From assembly GCF_001194135.2 (NCBI RefSeq), contig NC_068987.1, positions 91,115,986-91,150,124 on the forward strand: a DNA stretch of 34,139 nt. The letters run 5' to 3'. This DNA is from Octopus bimaculoides (Eukaryota). Shown here piece by piece: positions 33,363-34,139 of the stretch. Position numbers and translations under genes: made by a program. Below the pieces are notes generated by a model. That model was not told the DNA's origin, made no database searches, and saw nothing but the letters and a program-made list of their open reading frames with translations. The stretch's first letter is position 1; the number at the start of each line of letters is the position of its first letter.

Positions 33363-33565
33363 ATGGCAAGCTAGTAGAATCATTAGCGTGCCGGACAAAA
33401 TGTTTAGCAGCGTTTTGTCAGGCTGTACGTTCTGAGTTCAAATGCCTCGAGGTCGACTTTGCCTTTTAACCTTTCGGAGGTTGATAAAATAAGTACCAGT
33501 CAAGTATTGGGGGTCGATGTAATCGACTATCCCCCTCCTCCAAAATGTGCCTATCGTAGAAAGGA
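33363..33565 (+). mobile_element. SINE family B, diverged (array copy 3)
   Basis: tggcaagctagtagaatcattagcg...gagttcaaatgcctcgaggtcgactttgcc...aataagtaccagt...gtgcctatcgtagaaagga. Confidence 0.85.
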
Positions 33566-33810
33566 TCATCATCCTGTAGGTGGNNNNNNNNNNGGGAGCA
33601 ACATCTCTATTATCCCCTACTTTTTCGTTTTTAACTTAATATACTGTGTACAGTTCCCTTCCTTTTCATTGTATTCTGTGTGTACTTAACACCCACCTTT
33701 TCAAAAAAATTATTTTATCATTTCATTGTATGTAAATCCCAACACTATGTTTGTCTCTGTATAGTCCCCCTCATCCGCCCTGGTTGCAAATAAATGAAAT
33801 CCTCCTCCTC

Positions 33811-34139
33811 ATTATTATCATTATTATTATTATTTTATGTTTGACTTTTGTTTTGCATTTGTACAAGTTGGATCCAAGTCTCACCCAGAGACCTCAAGAG
33901 ACAACAAGTTAGAAGTTCATGTAGGTGTTATGCCTAGGGAACCATATATTTGGATTTGTACAGTTTTGTTCTTGTGAATGTTTAAGAAACCATAAGAAAA
34001 TTATGTTTGTTTTAAAATTTGAGATCACATAGACAGTATTTTAAGTAGGATATGGGCAGTTCCCATGAGCACTATCTTTTGAACTTCAGCCATTTTGGGG
34101 TTTCCTGGTATCTGAGCTAGGTAGTAATCAGCCCGTTTC
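33811..34139 (-). mobile_element. 3' end of an R4/Dong-like non-LTR retrotransposon (restriction-like-endonuclease class): ORF C-terminus, 3' UTR and (TAA)n tail; continues beyond the window
   Basis: 34138 to 34025 on the minus strand reads KRADYYLAQIPGNPKMAEVQKIVLMGTAHILLKILSM*. This matches the terminal QKxxLxGTAHILRKxLS motif of R4/Dong-type ORFs. About 190 bp of UTR follows, then (TAA)n at 33811-33835. Confidence 0.8.

Noticed and set aside
33594-33800. AT-rich segment ending in AATAAA, as the 3' end of another LINE or gene
   Set aside because: No second copy or coding motif in the window to support it, and it is cut by a gap.

Overview
Repeat-rich, AT-rich eukaryotic genomic DNA, most likely from an octopus. 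The species inference rests on recognising the tRNA-derived SINE families and the extreme microsatellite load, not on a database search. About 5.4 kb (about 16%) is N gaps in 14 blocks, most of them beside microsatellites, as expected for a short-read draft assembly. No host protein-coding gene can be supported: almost all ORFs in the supplied track are translations of microsatellites or N runs. What can be supported is: three tRNA-headed SINE families (A, CORE-like with an internal microsatellite; B, with a conserved central domain, about 13 copies or fragments; C, about 385 bp); one head-less LINE-tail-like repeat in two copies (D); three decayed RTE-clade LINE fragments, one bounded by a 12-bp target-site duplication; the 3' end of an R4/Dong-like retrotransposon in a (TAA)n tract; and many simple repeats. 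I found no convincing novel multi-gene system. The best leads are three hammerhead-ribozyme-like motifs resembling decayed Penelope-type minimal hammerheads, a SINE that carries microsatellites internally, a motif-dense promoter/enhancer-like island near 19.6-19.75 kb, and several short candidate exons that need RNA-seq.
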